IMG/VR virus record: IMGVR_UViG_3300027863_000008
Span: 1-40,279 of that record
Origin: a virus
Taxonomy: Duplodnaviria; Caudoviricetes
Reading direction: 5' to 3' (one strand)
DNA length: 40,279 nucleotides
Of this stretch, positions 9,092-18,820 are shown piece after piece (position 1 is the first letter of the stretch; each line of letters begins with the position of its first letter). A program made the translations under genes and the position numbers. The notes below the pieces were generated by a model. The model ran no database searches. It was not told the origin of the DNA and saw nothing but the letters and a program-made list of their open reading frames with translations.

Positions 9092-10753
9092 CTAAAACTC
9101 CCCTATCCCTGCTGATACATCAACTTCATTAGAAGGGGCTGGCGTCGGTTGCTCAGTAACGCCAGCACCCTGACTACGACCACTTGTGGAGGGGATCGTA
9201 GAATTGTTTCCTTGAAATAACATCAAATCCCTATCATTCAACCCAAATCCCAAAGCATTCATTATCTGCTTCACTAATTCTACACGATTAACCGTATCTG
9301 GAAATAGTTTAGCAAATAATAATAACTTATTCAAGTGAGAATTACGATACTCTACCGCCGTTGACCCAAACTTTACACTTAATTTCATTCTATCAAAAGG
9401 CTCTATCGCACTTGCCATCTCTATCGGTATCCCTATCATCTCCGCTATCCGCTCAGGTCTTATATATTCACTCGCTAACCGCAACATCTTACTCATAATA
9501 TTCTGTATAAACATAGATAATAATAAAGCACGATCCTTTACCCTAATCTCACTCGCCTCAGCTATCATCTGTGCCTCACCCAAAGTCTCTACACCAGCCT
9601 CATGCGCCCCCCTATCCATAGCACTTACACCACTTAATAACCTTATCTGTCGCTCTATCATCCCAGCCTTCGCCTGCCAATCAAATGTCTTTGAAGGAAC
9701 TACTAACTTACGTATCGGATCAGCACCCATTCCACTTAAACCATCTATCGGTATTATAACTCTCGGCTTACGTGACTCTAACATCTTTACCGCTTTGTCA
9801 CCTATACTGCTATCTATTAAAAATATCTCCCTCGCCGAACTCTCACTCTCATTGTCCATAAAAGTATTTATCTGCGATAACCTTATCAGTAACTCCTCTA
9901 ACGTCTGTGCAATAGATTTACCCCAAAACCGCTTAGGTCGGCTCGGCGTAAACTCTAAATAATCATACGGACATACCGCATAATCATCCTCATACCTCAA
10001 AAATTTATTATGCCCCCTACTTATAACCATTAACCGCCTATTATATAAATCATGTATCTCTATCAAACTTACTAACTCATCACCCTTAATACTATTCTCC
10101 CTGCTCGGCTTGTCTATACTATCAGATAAATGCAAATTCCCCTTTAACCCATCCTTATTACTATATAAAGGAGAGTCCATTACCACTTCCAATGGACGTA
10201 TGTATTCCTCCGCTATCCATAACTTCTCATCCCAATCATTAAACCTGTAATCCCATAATATATTCTTTGGACTAACCGCACAAGATACTAACATCTCATC
10301 CATTATCACATCTTGCAATTCCTGATCAACCGCATAAGTTATCCCAGTCTTGTGAACCCCTCCACCAAATAATAATGCATCCATTATTATGTCACGCATA
10401 ACATTATACATACCTAAAACTTCATATACCCTAACCGCAAAAAATTCATATAACATCGCCGATACCGAGTCACGACTATATATATCCTCTACCTCAAATA
10501 TAGGCATATTGAAGTTTATTCTCGGGATCATTGACATCACTATTGACTCTAACTCATTAATCTGCGTCGCACTATTATAATATGTATTACGCTGACGACG
10601 AACCTCCTTACCAATCGCATTCGCCCATAAATTATCATTGAATATATTCTCATAATATATCCAATCTATTAAGTATTGCTCACGAACCGATACCGCCATC
10701 TCCACCCTCGCCTTCCATATCCCTAATTCCTCATCTCTACTTATCCTCGCCAT
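9092..10753 (-). CDS. Portal protein
   Basis: 553 aa. Motifs DALLFGGGVHKTG, VSPKNILWD, FWGKSIA and LSGVSAMDRG..ETLGEAQM resemble P22/podovirus-type portals. Confidence 0.85.
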   Translation of the reverse strand: MARISRDEELGIWKARVEMAVSVREQYLIDWIYYENIFNDNLWANAIGKEVRRQRNTYYNSATQINELESIVMSMIPRINFNMPIFEVEDIYSRDSVSAMLYEFFAVRVYEVLGMYNVMRDIIMDALLFGGGVHKTGITYAVDQELQDVIMDEMLVSCAVSPKNILWDYRFNDWDEKLWIAEEYIRPLEVVMDSPLYSNKDGLKGNLHLSDSIDKPSRENSIKGDELVSLIEIHDLYNRRLMVISRGHNKFLRYEDDYAVCPYDYLEFTPSRPKRFWGKSIAQTLEELLIRLSQINTFMDNESESSAREIFLIDSSIGDKAVKMLESRKPRVIIPIDGLSGMGADPIRKLVVPSKTFDWQAKAGMIERQIRLLSGVSAMDRGAHEAGVETLGEAQMIAEASEIRVKDRALLLSMFIQNIMSKMLRLASEYIRPERIAEMIGIPIEMASAIEPFDRMKLSVKFGSTAVEYRNSHLNKLLLFAKLFPDTVNRVELVKQIMNALGFGLNDRDLMLFQGNNSTIPSTSGRSQGAGVTEQPTPAPSNEVDVSAGIGEF

Positions 10754-12582
10754 TATACCTTCCTCACATCAAAATGTATCGCTAACACAGTTGTCTGCGC
10801 CCCACTTACCGCACTTACCTTAACATACCAATCACCAACAACTACATCAGACGGTATGTTAAAATGATACCTATATGACCCTATACCTTCACGATATAAA
10901 TTATTTACATCATATCCCACACGCTTTACACCCTTACTATCATATACCTCTATACTATGACTATCAGGATCAATTAATGTGTCATTCTCAAACTCCCTAA
11001 CCTTCCACTTCACTACCACAGTCTGATTAGGATAAAAATGCATCTCAGCACCCCCATATATCCGCAAATCCCCTATTACATACTCAGGATATACCTGACC
11101 AGCATCAAAATATATCGGTATAGTATGTATATACTTTATTATATCATCTATGTCAATAACATCTATTCTCGGTCTGCCTATACGACCAATATATAAATCT
11201 ATTAATTCTAAACTATCCTGTATTATTAAACTTCTATCACCAACTACAAATATTAATAAACTTATCTGATCACTCTTTACTACCTTGACGACCTTACTAA
11301 CACTATCAGTAAGCCTCATCTTTTCCTTCATTATTTGTAAATATAACCAACTACCTCGCCTGTGTAAATACTCAAATAAATCATCTACCTCCACCTCTTC
11401 ACTAACAGGCTTACTAAATAACTTACTAACACTATCAACTATATTCGCTAAACTCTCCGTTACAATCACTATCGGAGGCTTTATTAACTCAAATACCTCC
11501 GCTATAACTAAACTATCACTTACAACCTTACCAACACTCTTACTAATATAATCATTAAAATATATCTTATCATAATCTATATCATATCGCCTAACAAAAG
11601 ACACTAAAATATTTATCAAAAAATCTATCGCACTATCTATCCGCTTACCTATACTCTTCCTAATACTATCAACTAATCCTATACTACTTAAAGGATATAA
11701 AAATATTGACTTAGCAACTACCTCATAAAAATATATAAAGTCCTTTATTACATCCTTACTCCCCTCCAAAGAATTAAAATCACTTAACCCTAATTCCTCT
11801 ATTATTATCTTTGATAACTTTATCGCTATGTTCTCATAAAACGCTATATAATCCCTATACAAAAATCCTAATGCCGTAATATCAGAAAAATTTATACTGC
11901 TATCAATATACTCTTCCTTACTTGGACCCACTAAACTTGCTTCTACTTCTAACCAAAAATAACTCCCATCCCCAATACCACCGCCAACTAAATTAGCAAG
12001 TGCTATCTCATATAAAAAATCATCAGATAAATTATCACCAGCATGCGGAAGCTCTGCAACAGCCGACTCTGAAAAAACATCACCAGTAGAATTAGTCTGC
12101 GTCTGTGTCGGCGGCGCATATGTAATTGTTACCTTAATATAATCTACATAACAAGTTACAGCAGTATCACTATTACCTCGTGTTGACCGTAACCTAATAC
12201 TAAAACCATCAGAACTATTATCATTTATCCACGATAACTTCCAATTGCCATTACCAGTTGACTTAGTAGTTACAGTCGGCGTAGTTGGCTCAGATGTAGT
12301 GGTATATTCCGTCCCCATAGGCGTATTACCCATATACGCCTGTATCCCAAAAGTATGTATAGACACCGTAGTAGATAAAAACCACTCTACTTCAATTTCT
12401 ATACTATCAATCCCACTTCCATCTGGTATACCAAAATCAAAATTATACCACTTCCCAGTTATAGTGGAATTCTTAGCAGGAGACGCCGAAGCATATAATC
12501 CATCATCCGCATAAGCATTACTGGCATTCGTAAACCCACTATCATTACTCTGCGGATACTTCGTAACTGTATATAAAGCCAT
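10753..12582 (-). CDS. Putative fibre/appendage protein: N-terminal beta domain, ~19-aa internal repeats, C-terminal Ig-like domain
   Basis: N-terminal jelly-roll-like segment (NAYADDG...YVDYIKVTITY). Repeated D-S-[IV]-S-K...K.[VI]SD units. C-terminal IDP..IEVYD..GSYRY..GDWYV. Confidence 0.6.
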   Translation of the reverse strand: MALYTVTKYPQSNDSGFTNASNAYADDGLYASASPAKNSTITGKWYNFDFGIPDGSGIDSIEIEVEWFLSTTVSIHTFGIQAYMGNTPMGTEYTTTSEPTTPTVTTKSTGNGNWKLSWINDNSSDGFSIRLRSTRGNSDTAVTCYVDYIKVTITYAPPTQTQTNSTGDVFSESAVAELPHAGDNLSDDFLYEIALANLVGGGIGDGSYFWLEVEASLVGPSKEEYIDSSINFSDITALGFLYRDYIAFYENIAIKLSKIIIEELGLSDFNSLEGSKDVIKDFIYFYEVVAKSIFLYPLSSIGLVDSIRKSIGKRIDSAIDFLINILVSFVRRYDIDYDKIYFNDYISKSVGKVVSDSLVIAEVFELIKPPIVIVTESLANIVDSVSKLFSKPVSEEVEVDDLFEYLHRRGSWLYLQIMKEKMRLTDSVSKVVKVVKSDQISLLIFVVGDRSLIIQDSLELIDLYIGRIGRPRIDVIDIDDIIKYIHTIPIYFDAGQVYPEYVIGDLRIYGGAEMHFYPNQTVVVKWKVREFENDTLIDPDSHSIEVYDSKGVKRVGYDVNNLYREGIGSYRYHFNIPSDVVVGDWYVKVSAVSGAQTTVLAIHFDVRKV

Positions 12583-12594
12583 ACCTTACCCTTG

Positions 12595-13350
12595 CTATGC
12601 TGAAAACTGAATTTCTATTATGTAATGAAATGTCGCCCTATCAGGCGATACATCTATCGTTACAGCAGGACTTACTAAATCACGAATTATATAAAATAAA
12701 TTGGGAGTGTTAGTATAAGCAACACACATACCCATTTCTTTAACAGTTACCGAGTCTACTGTATTACCAATAAATAATCTACCTACATCAGTTGACCATA
12801 CTTTGTTAGAACCATCATAAAATACCCATTGTGTTGGATTATTGTATTGAAGCTGACCAGAACCAGTCCCACTCCCAATTCTACTACCTAACTTATAATC
12901 AGTCTCCGAAACCGCAGTATCACTCGTTCCTACTTGTATAGACAAGCTAGTTGACGTATGCTTATACTGTTCAGCACTATAATAGCGAAATATTGTTTTC
13001 AACGTGTTTCCATATATAACAGTCCCAGTAGTATCCTTGATATTCAAATATCCTTCCGCCCAAGTAGACTCATCCGCATTCACAAAAAATGCGTGTTGCC
13101 TTAATACATTATACCAATTCCGTAAATAACTATGCCCTTCCCATATATATGATAACTCAGGAATAAACCTACCTCTCTCATCAACACGCTCTACTCCACA
13201 AAACAACTTAAACATACTATCCGATATGGTATGTATTCCACGCTTCCTCATTACATAATTATTATCAAATACTTTGCCAAAAAACGATTTCCGCTTCGGT
13301 CTCGTCTCTAATACAACCATATCTCTAAACGTCTTAGGAACTTCTGTCAT
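12595..13350 (-). CDS. Virion structural protein, collar/fibre-base-like (paralog 2)
   Basis: IQVGTSDTAVSETDYKL ... VTVKEMG ... IRDLVSPAVTI. Similar to 13334-14113. Confidence 0.65.
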   Translation of the reverse strand: MTEVPKTFRDMVVLETRPKRKSFFGKVFDNNYVMRKRGIHTISDSMFKLFCGVERVDERGRFIPELSYIWEGHSYLRNWYNVLRQHAFFVNADESTWAEGYLNIKDTTGTVIYGNTLKTIFRYYSAEQYKHTSTSLSIQVGTSDTAVSETDYKLGSRIGSGTGSGQLQYNNPTQWVFYDGSNKVWSTDVGRLFIGNTVDSVTVKEMGMCVAYTNTPNLFYIIRDLVSPAVTIDVSPDRATFHYIIEIQFSA

Positions 13351-14113
13351 GGTATAATATATACCTCCCTCTTATCTGATAACCATATGGAACAGTTATG
13401 GCTGTTGGCAATACATCCCGTGCCACCATAAAAGTATAATAATCCGATGAGTCAGAAAACTTTCCATATAAACATATAGCACGCACTACTACATCACTCT
13501 GGTCAGTAGTAGCATTCAACGCATACCGTTCCCACGTGCATGTAAAAATACCACTATTATAATTAGTTACTGGTAATAAAGTATCACCATATTGCAAACA
13601 CCCACTACTCGTCCCATTAACAATCAAACTAACAGCTGATGTCTGCTCAAAACTATAAGCAGTATCAGAACTATCAAATACAATCCCCCTAGCTGTTGAA
13701 CCACTCTCACCACGAGCACCCGTATATTCAGAAAGACTCTCAAGATTTGGCTCACTGGAATACATAAGGTCAAGTGAAATTTGTGTTGTATAACTATTCC
13801 CTGAAACACTCTTAGTTGTCAAACTCCCAACACCATAACCGCCCATACTATAAGTTGATGGTCTAACCTGCAACATCTTCTGTGCTAATATATTATAATA
13901 ATTCCTAACAAAACTATCTACCCTCGCACTTACTACATCACTCACCTGCTTTCCATCCTTGAATAAACATACATCTAACCTGCCCTCAACATAACTATGA
14001 CCTCGTAACTTACATAATAACTTATAATATGCCCAATCTAACTCACGACTTAAACCACTAAAAAATTTATCCTTACCATATCTCAATCTTGGCAATACTA
14101 CCATAATATTCAC
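13334..14113 (-). CDS. Virion structural protein, collar/fibre-base-like (paralog 3)
   Basis: SFVRNYYNIL, SSDTAYS, NGTSSGCLQY and ARDVLPTAITV align with 12595-13350. Confidence 0.65.
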   Translation of the reverse strand: MNIMVVLPRLRYGKDKFFSGLSRELDWAYYKLLCKLRGHSYVEGRLDVCLFKDGKQVSDVVSARVDSFVRNYYNILAQKMLQVRPSTYSMGGYGVGSLTTKSVSGNSYTTQISLDLMYSSEPNLESLSEYTGARGESGSTARGIVFDSSDTAYSFEQTSAVSLIVNGTSSGCLQYGDTLLPVTNYNSGIFTCTWERYALNATTDQSDVVVRAICLYGKFSDSSDYYTFMVARDVLPTAITVPYGYQIRGRYILYHDRSS

Positions 14114-14520
14114 TCCCTAGTCAAAAGTCTTGCCATATCTACTTCTAACTCTAATTCAAATATCTTCGCACTCAATCCCGCAATTATCTCATTAACCCTC
14201 TTAGCTAACTCATTCTTAGCCTCATCATATGTTAAAAATATATCTCTAACATTACAAGTAATACCATCACCCAATCTAACTGTAACATAAAGATTATTAG
14301 TCTCATCTATCTCAGGACTATCAGAAAAAACATCCTTTAACAATGCCTCCCTATAACTCCTAACCGAAATTATTCGCCCCGATACAATAATATCACCCTC
14401 CGTAATACCATATACAACCGTCCCATCACAAATCAATTCCTTCAACTCATAATAAGTCACGTGCCTCACCGCCCTATCATATAAAAGCATAAAATACCTA
14501 TCCCTATGACCTACTACCAC
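14110..14520 (-). CDS. Hypothetical protein with C-terminal coiled coil
   Basis: 136-aa ORF overlapping both neighbours in the operon. Confidence 0.65.
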   Translation of the reverse strand: MVVGHRDRYFMLLYDRAVRHVTYYELKELICDGTVVYGITEGDIIVSGRIISVRSYREALLKDVFSDSPEIDETNNLYVTVRLGDGITCNVRDIFLTYDEAKNELAKRVNEIIAGLSAKIFELELEVDMARLLTRE

Positions 14521-15019
14521 ATTCCAATGTCCATGTTATTATAAGCGTATCTGCTGCATCCTTAGTAACAGTCCCACTAAAATCATACCAACACATTAAT
14601 GTCCCACCTGAACCAGCATTGAATACTCCAGCCTCTTTCAATGCACCAGTCCCAACTCCAGGACTAAATGTCGCTACCCATGTCACCTTGTTGTCATTAC
14701 TTCCACTACCCTGCGTAGTGCTATCCAATGCCACCCTCGCAAGCTCCGCTTGCAAAGTAGTAGAAGTCACAGTCTTACTCCCACTCGCAGTCCCAACAGC
14801 CATGTGCGAAGGCAAACTTACTCCCCTATCACTCATCGCATCAGCCACTATCGCCTGACCACTATAAGTAACAGTATTCCAGCCAACCTCACTATATACC
14901 ACCTTCCCATCACGACATAACTCTATACGACATATGCCCCGCATCTCCATACTATCGCCTCCTACCTTGCTCATCCCTTTACCTATATAATCCATTACAC
15001 CAAAACCATCTCTCATCAA
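14504..15019 (-). CDS. Virion structural protein, tail-collar-like domain (paralog 4)
   Basis: NTVT..G, HMAVGT, TTLQAELARV, ATFSPGVGTGALKEAGVFNAGSGGTL and KDAADTLIITWTL. Confidence 0.75.
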   Translation of the reverse strand: MMRDGFGVMDYIGKGMSKVGGDSMEMRGICRIELCRDGKVVYSEVGWNTVTYSGQAIVADAMSDRGVSLPSHMAVGTASGSKTVTSTTLQAELARVALDSTTQGSGSNDNKVTWVATFSPGVGTGALKEAGVFNAGSGGTLMCWYDFSGTVTKDAADTLIITWTLECGSRS

Positions 15020-16563
15020 TATAACCCTCCATATACCATCCGCCTACGATCATAACGATCATACTCAAACGGATGACGATCATTAACTAAACTATTCAAT
15101 ATATCATCCATCGTCTCCCCACGACTAATACGCTCCACCCTCTCAACACTTACACCTAAATTACCCATACATATATACCGTAAAGCATCACACGCATGCT
15201 TATACTTGTCATTCGCTGGCATCCTCGTCCCTATGCCCTTATGCTCACCCCAACTATGATTTCCTATCGCCTCTATCAAATGACTACATCCCTCACTTAT
15301 ATATAACTTCGGAGGATTACTCCCTAACCTGCTCCGAACCCTGTCTATACCAACATGAACATCATTGTCAGCTGGAACTCCAAAAATACCATACTTAGCA
15401 AACTCCGCTACGCACTGCCTATCCTCTGGATCAATATATACCACCAACCCATCACATATACTACCACTCCCAACTAAACCCTTCCACTCATCTAAATCAT
15501 AATTACGACCACTAACTAAACTCCTATGCCTTAACCCATAATACCCCATACGACGACGCCATATCTCATCAGCATGCTCCTCATAAGTCCGCTTACTAGC
15601 AAAATACTCATCTACTATGTATAACTCACCACCATACCCAACAACTCCAGCTAACCAATAAAACTCACCACTATACCCTGGATCTATCGCCTCAAACCGC
15701 CTCCAATGCAAAGGATAACGCACACCACTCGGAACTATATGTATCCCCTCATCAAAATTGTCATATATCGCACCACTAAATACTACAAACTTACCCTCAT
15801 ACTGCTCCTCAAATACCTTAGGACTCATCCACCTCCTTATCTCTTCCACATCCTCAGTAAAAGCAGGATTATCCCAACTCGCCCAACTCACACTATAATA
15901 ATCTGGATCATCACCACGCAACCCACGCTCCACTAACTCATAAAACCATCCATCAGGATCATAACTGCTTACACGACCACTCGGCGTCCCAGCACATACC
16001 ATCCGACCATGACGACTCGCTAAACGTCCATAAAGCACTCGCTCCCATACACGCTTAGGATACTTTATCTGACCTGGCTCACATAATACTAAATAATCTA
16101 CCTCCTCACCAAACGCACCAGCACCCTCACGATTCTCTAAACTTATACACTTTACCTCACTACCCCATACAGTCCTTATCTGCATATCACCACCCTTCTC
16201 ATTATATACACACTTCTCTAAACTCCCAACACCATATATGTCCATATACTCCCTGCTCACTATCCTGTCATGTATATACCTAAACTCCTTCTCACAAAAC
16301 TGATAATTCTGTCCAACTAACCATACCCTACACGCACCTATAAGTAAAGGAACTACCATCTCCTCACCAACACAACGACTCTTACCACCACGAGTCCCAG
16401 CATTCACCACCCTATGACGAGCTAAACTCTTGTGAAACTTCATCTGACCAGCATGCGGTCTATACCCAACACGCTCAAACCACGCCCACTTGATCGCCTC
16501 AACCATCCTGTCACGATCTCGCCAATCTAATACCACTGTCGTCTGCGGCCTTAAAAACCTCAT
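15016..16563 (-). CDS. terL: Terminase large subunit
   Basis: RPHAGQ..FH, Walker A AGTRGGKS, Walker B variant YLVLCE, motif III AGTP, SWDNP, EEQYEGKF, and nuclease motifs AIDPG and HACDALRY. Confidence 0.95.
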   Translation of the reverse strand: MRFLRPQTTVVLDWRDRDRMVEAIKWAWFERVGYRPHAGQMKFHKSLARHRVVNAGTRGGKSRCVGEEMVVPLLIGACRVWLVGQNYQFCEKEFRYIHDRIVSREYMDIYGVGSLEKCVYNEKGGDMQIRTVWGSEVKCISLENREGAGAFGEEVDYLVLCEPGQIKYPKRVWERVLYGRLASRHGRMVCAGTPSGRVSSYDPDGWFYELVERGLRGDDPDYYSVSWASWDNPAFTEDVEEIRRWMSPKVFEEQYEGKFVVFSGAIYDNFDEGIHIVPSGVRYPLHWRRFEAIDPGYSGEFYWLAGVVGYGGELYIVDEYFASKRTYEEHADEIWRRRMGYYGLRHRSLVSGRNYDLDEWKGLVGSGSICDGLVVYIDPEDRQCVAEFAKYGIFGVPADNDVHVGIDRVRSRLGSNPPKLYISEGCSHLIEAIGNHSWGEHKGIGTRMPANDKYKHACDALRYICMGNLGVSVERVERISRGETMDDILNSLVNDRHPFEYDRYDRRRMVYGGLY

Positions 16564-17159
16564 CTTATCCCTTCCACCATCTTCGGCATACCAACTATAT
16601 CAGGAACATAAGGATTTACCTTGTTCACTACCTTTACCACTCCACCACTACGAGGAACTATACCACCACTAAAAGCCCTATCCACACTCCTACCTATACG
16701 CTCTATACCTTTAACACTACGATATTGCCTCGTATATACACCAGTCTTTATCGGCGTATTCACCTTAACCTTTAACCCCTCTAAAATATACTTCTGCCTC
16801 TCTCCCATATCACGATTGCCAACCTTCAAAAACCCTAACCTGTCACGCTCTATCGCCCTAACTATCGCCCTAACTGGCTTGTAACTCATCGCCTTGCCTA
16901 CCTCCGCACCAGCACGATATATGTTCGCTAAATCCATTAACGCTCCATACGCCATTCCACCAGCACCAATAGCACGAACTATACCATTACCCAAAACAGC
17001 ACGACCTATACTACTACCAACCCTTATACGACCACCCTTAACAACATTCCCCATAATTATGTTGTCAGAACTTATACGTCCACGCCGTATCATACCCTTA
17101 CTTACCCTAACCTTACTCGCCACTTCCAGTTCCCTCCATCTCACGCAAAGCATCAGCAT
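16560..17159 (-). CDS. Highly basic Arg/Gly/Val-rich protein (start uncertain, probably shorter)
   Basis: ORF between the TerS candidate and TerL, with an ATGA overlap onto TerL. Very few acidic residues. Confidence 0.6.
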   Translation of the reverse strand: MLMLCVRWRELEVASKVRVSKGMIRRGRISSDNIIMGNVVKGGRIRVGSSIGRAVLGNGIVRAIGAGGMAYGALMDLANIYRAGAEVGKAMSYKPVRAIVRAIERDRLGFLKVGNRDMGERQKYILEGLKVKVNTPIKTGVYTRQYRSVKGIERIGRSVDRAFSGGIVPRSGGVVKVVNKVNPYVPDIVGMPKMVEGIR

Positions 17160-17478
17160 TGCGATCCATTAACTCACTTACTATCCGACCCATGTCCAAC
17201 CGCCCCACTACATCTATCCCCTGAACAGGATCAACAGTCTTACGCAAAGCTAACCTCCCCAAAAAACTATACATCCGCTCATCACTTATCCGTCCATTCC
17301 CATACGCCTCAAACATCACCGCCATCCCAAATATACCATATATGTCATCTATATTCCCACCATCTACCAATATCTCCTCTATCCGCCTACGCAAACGATC
17401 CCCTATCATCAATGCCAACCTACGTAATCCACCCTCATCTATGTTAATAATAAAATCTATGTCCTCTCGCACCTTCAT
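17113..17478 (-). CDS. Putative terminase small subunit (first late gene)
   Basis: 121-aa helical protein with a C-terminal PVQGIDVVGRLD strand. First gene after the leftward promoter and two genes upstream of TerL. Call is positional. Confidence 0.45.
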   Translation of the reverse strand: MKVREDIDFIINIDEGGLRRLALMIGDRLRRRIEEILVDGGNIDDIYGIFGMAVMFEAYGNGRISDERMYSFLGRLALRKTVDPVQGIDVVGRLDMGRIVSELMDRNADALREMEGTGSGE

Positions 17479-17607
17479 ATAAACACCACCTAATAAAACT
17501 ACCTATATAAAAGTAAATGACTATAATCCCCACCTACTCGTAAAAAAATAATTAAATATACAACATCCCATCCCTAAATAAATAACCCATACTATCACTA
17601 TACTATC

Positions 17608-17636
17608 ATTTTAACTCTACAGCATCCATCTGTCAA
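17608..17636 (-). promoter_or_regulatory. sigma70-type promoter of the leftward (late) operon
   Basis: TTGACA-17 nt-TAAAAT, preceded by A-tracts (UP-element-like) at ~17640-17692. Confidence 0.8.
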
Positions 17637-17914
17637 GAACTTTTTATAAAAATTATTAAACTTTTTTTAATTTCTTTTTAACTTTTTTTTAACCCACACC
17701 TCACCACCATCCCCTCAATAAAACTATACTAAAATTCTTTCCCAACTTTTTTTACCCCATTTTCCCTTGTCAACCAGTCAAATCATAAAAAAATATTAAA
17801 AATACTATTAATATTGACCACTTTCTGAACAATTCTAAAACACTTTTATTATACACTCTATTAATAAGTGTTGTAAAAATGATACACTTTTCATTGTCAA
17901 CCCGCTAAAATCAA

Positions 17915-18182
17915 TTTGTAATCGCTCTATCGCTTACAAAAATTCTCTCACTTTTATAATCCATACATCGCTTACAAAAACCACTTTATAAGCCCTCCAT
18001 CGCTTACAAAAATCCCTAACCTTTATAAGCCATTAAACACTTATAAACCAATTTTTATAATCGCTCTATCACTTACAAATATAACCAAAATTTATAAGCC
18101 CTCCATCGCTTACAAAATGTTTATAAGCCTTTCATCGCTTACAAAAATCCCTAACCTTTATAAGCCCTCCATCGCTTACAAA
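17915..18182 (+). repeat. Array of eight 26-bp dyad repeats TTTRTAA-N12-TTAYAAA
   Basis: Copies start at 17915, 17953, 17985, 18022, 18054, 18091, 18120 and 18157. Three are identical (TTTATAAGCCCTCCATCGCTTACAAA). Confidence 0.95.
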
Positions 18183-18820
18183 CCTCCACTACCCCACCTC
18201 CCTACCTATACCCCATCCCCCATACCCTCTAACCTCTACTATATCAATTACCCCTAATCCCTATAATATAAAGCACGGGAAAGTATTAAACCCCGCTTGC
18301 CAATATCCCACCGCACCGACGCTTTTCGCTTGCTGGCAAGCTCACTTAAACCCGCATGCCTATTAGATTTGCTGGCATTTTGACTTGCTTACTCGGAAAC
18401 CTCTCCTATCTGATACCTTTCTACTTTCTCAATGTCAAAATATAAACTCGGTATAAAGCAAGTATTCATAAGGGTTTGCATACAATCAGACTTATTAAAA
18501 ACAAACCATATAATACAAAGTTCCTTTCTATCACGACCTACCACCTTAAAACACATCACTAAAATCATTTCTAATGCGTCTATCTTTCGTTTTAACGCTT
18601 GTTCAACCAAAATAGGTATAATTCACGGCTAAAAATCAAAACGTAAGTAAAATCAAGGTTTACGGCATTTTGGTTTGTAAAAGACGACGCTTAAAACGCA
18701 TTTTAGAATGTTCGTTTATGCAAATTGTGTTATCCTCCAAACCCTTTTCAAAGACATAGTCCCTCAAACCCTTGTCCTGTAAAGGTTTCAACGAAAAAAT
18801 GCGGATTTACAGCCTCTTTT

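Noticed and set aside
17915-18182. CRISPR mini-array or TIGR-type guide array
   Set aside because: Linkers are only 3-12 bp and some recur. The 12-bp cores are near-identical rather than unique, and the period is irregular. No Cas or Nop-domain protein was recognised.
18373-18388. Additional sigma54 box TGGCATTTTGACTTGC (also TGGAATGAAAAAATTGC at 19331)
   Set aside because: GG-GC spacing is 1-2 bp too long, and sigma54 spacing is strict.
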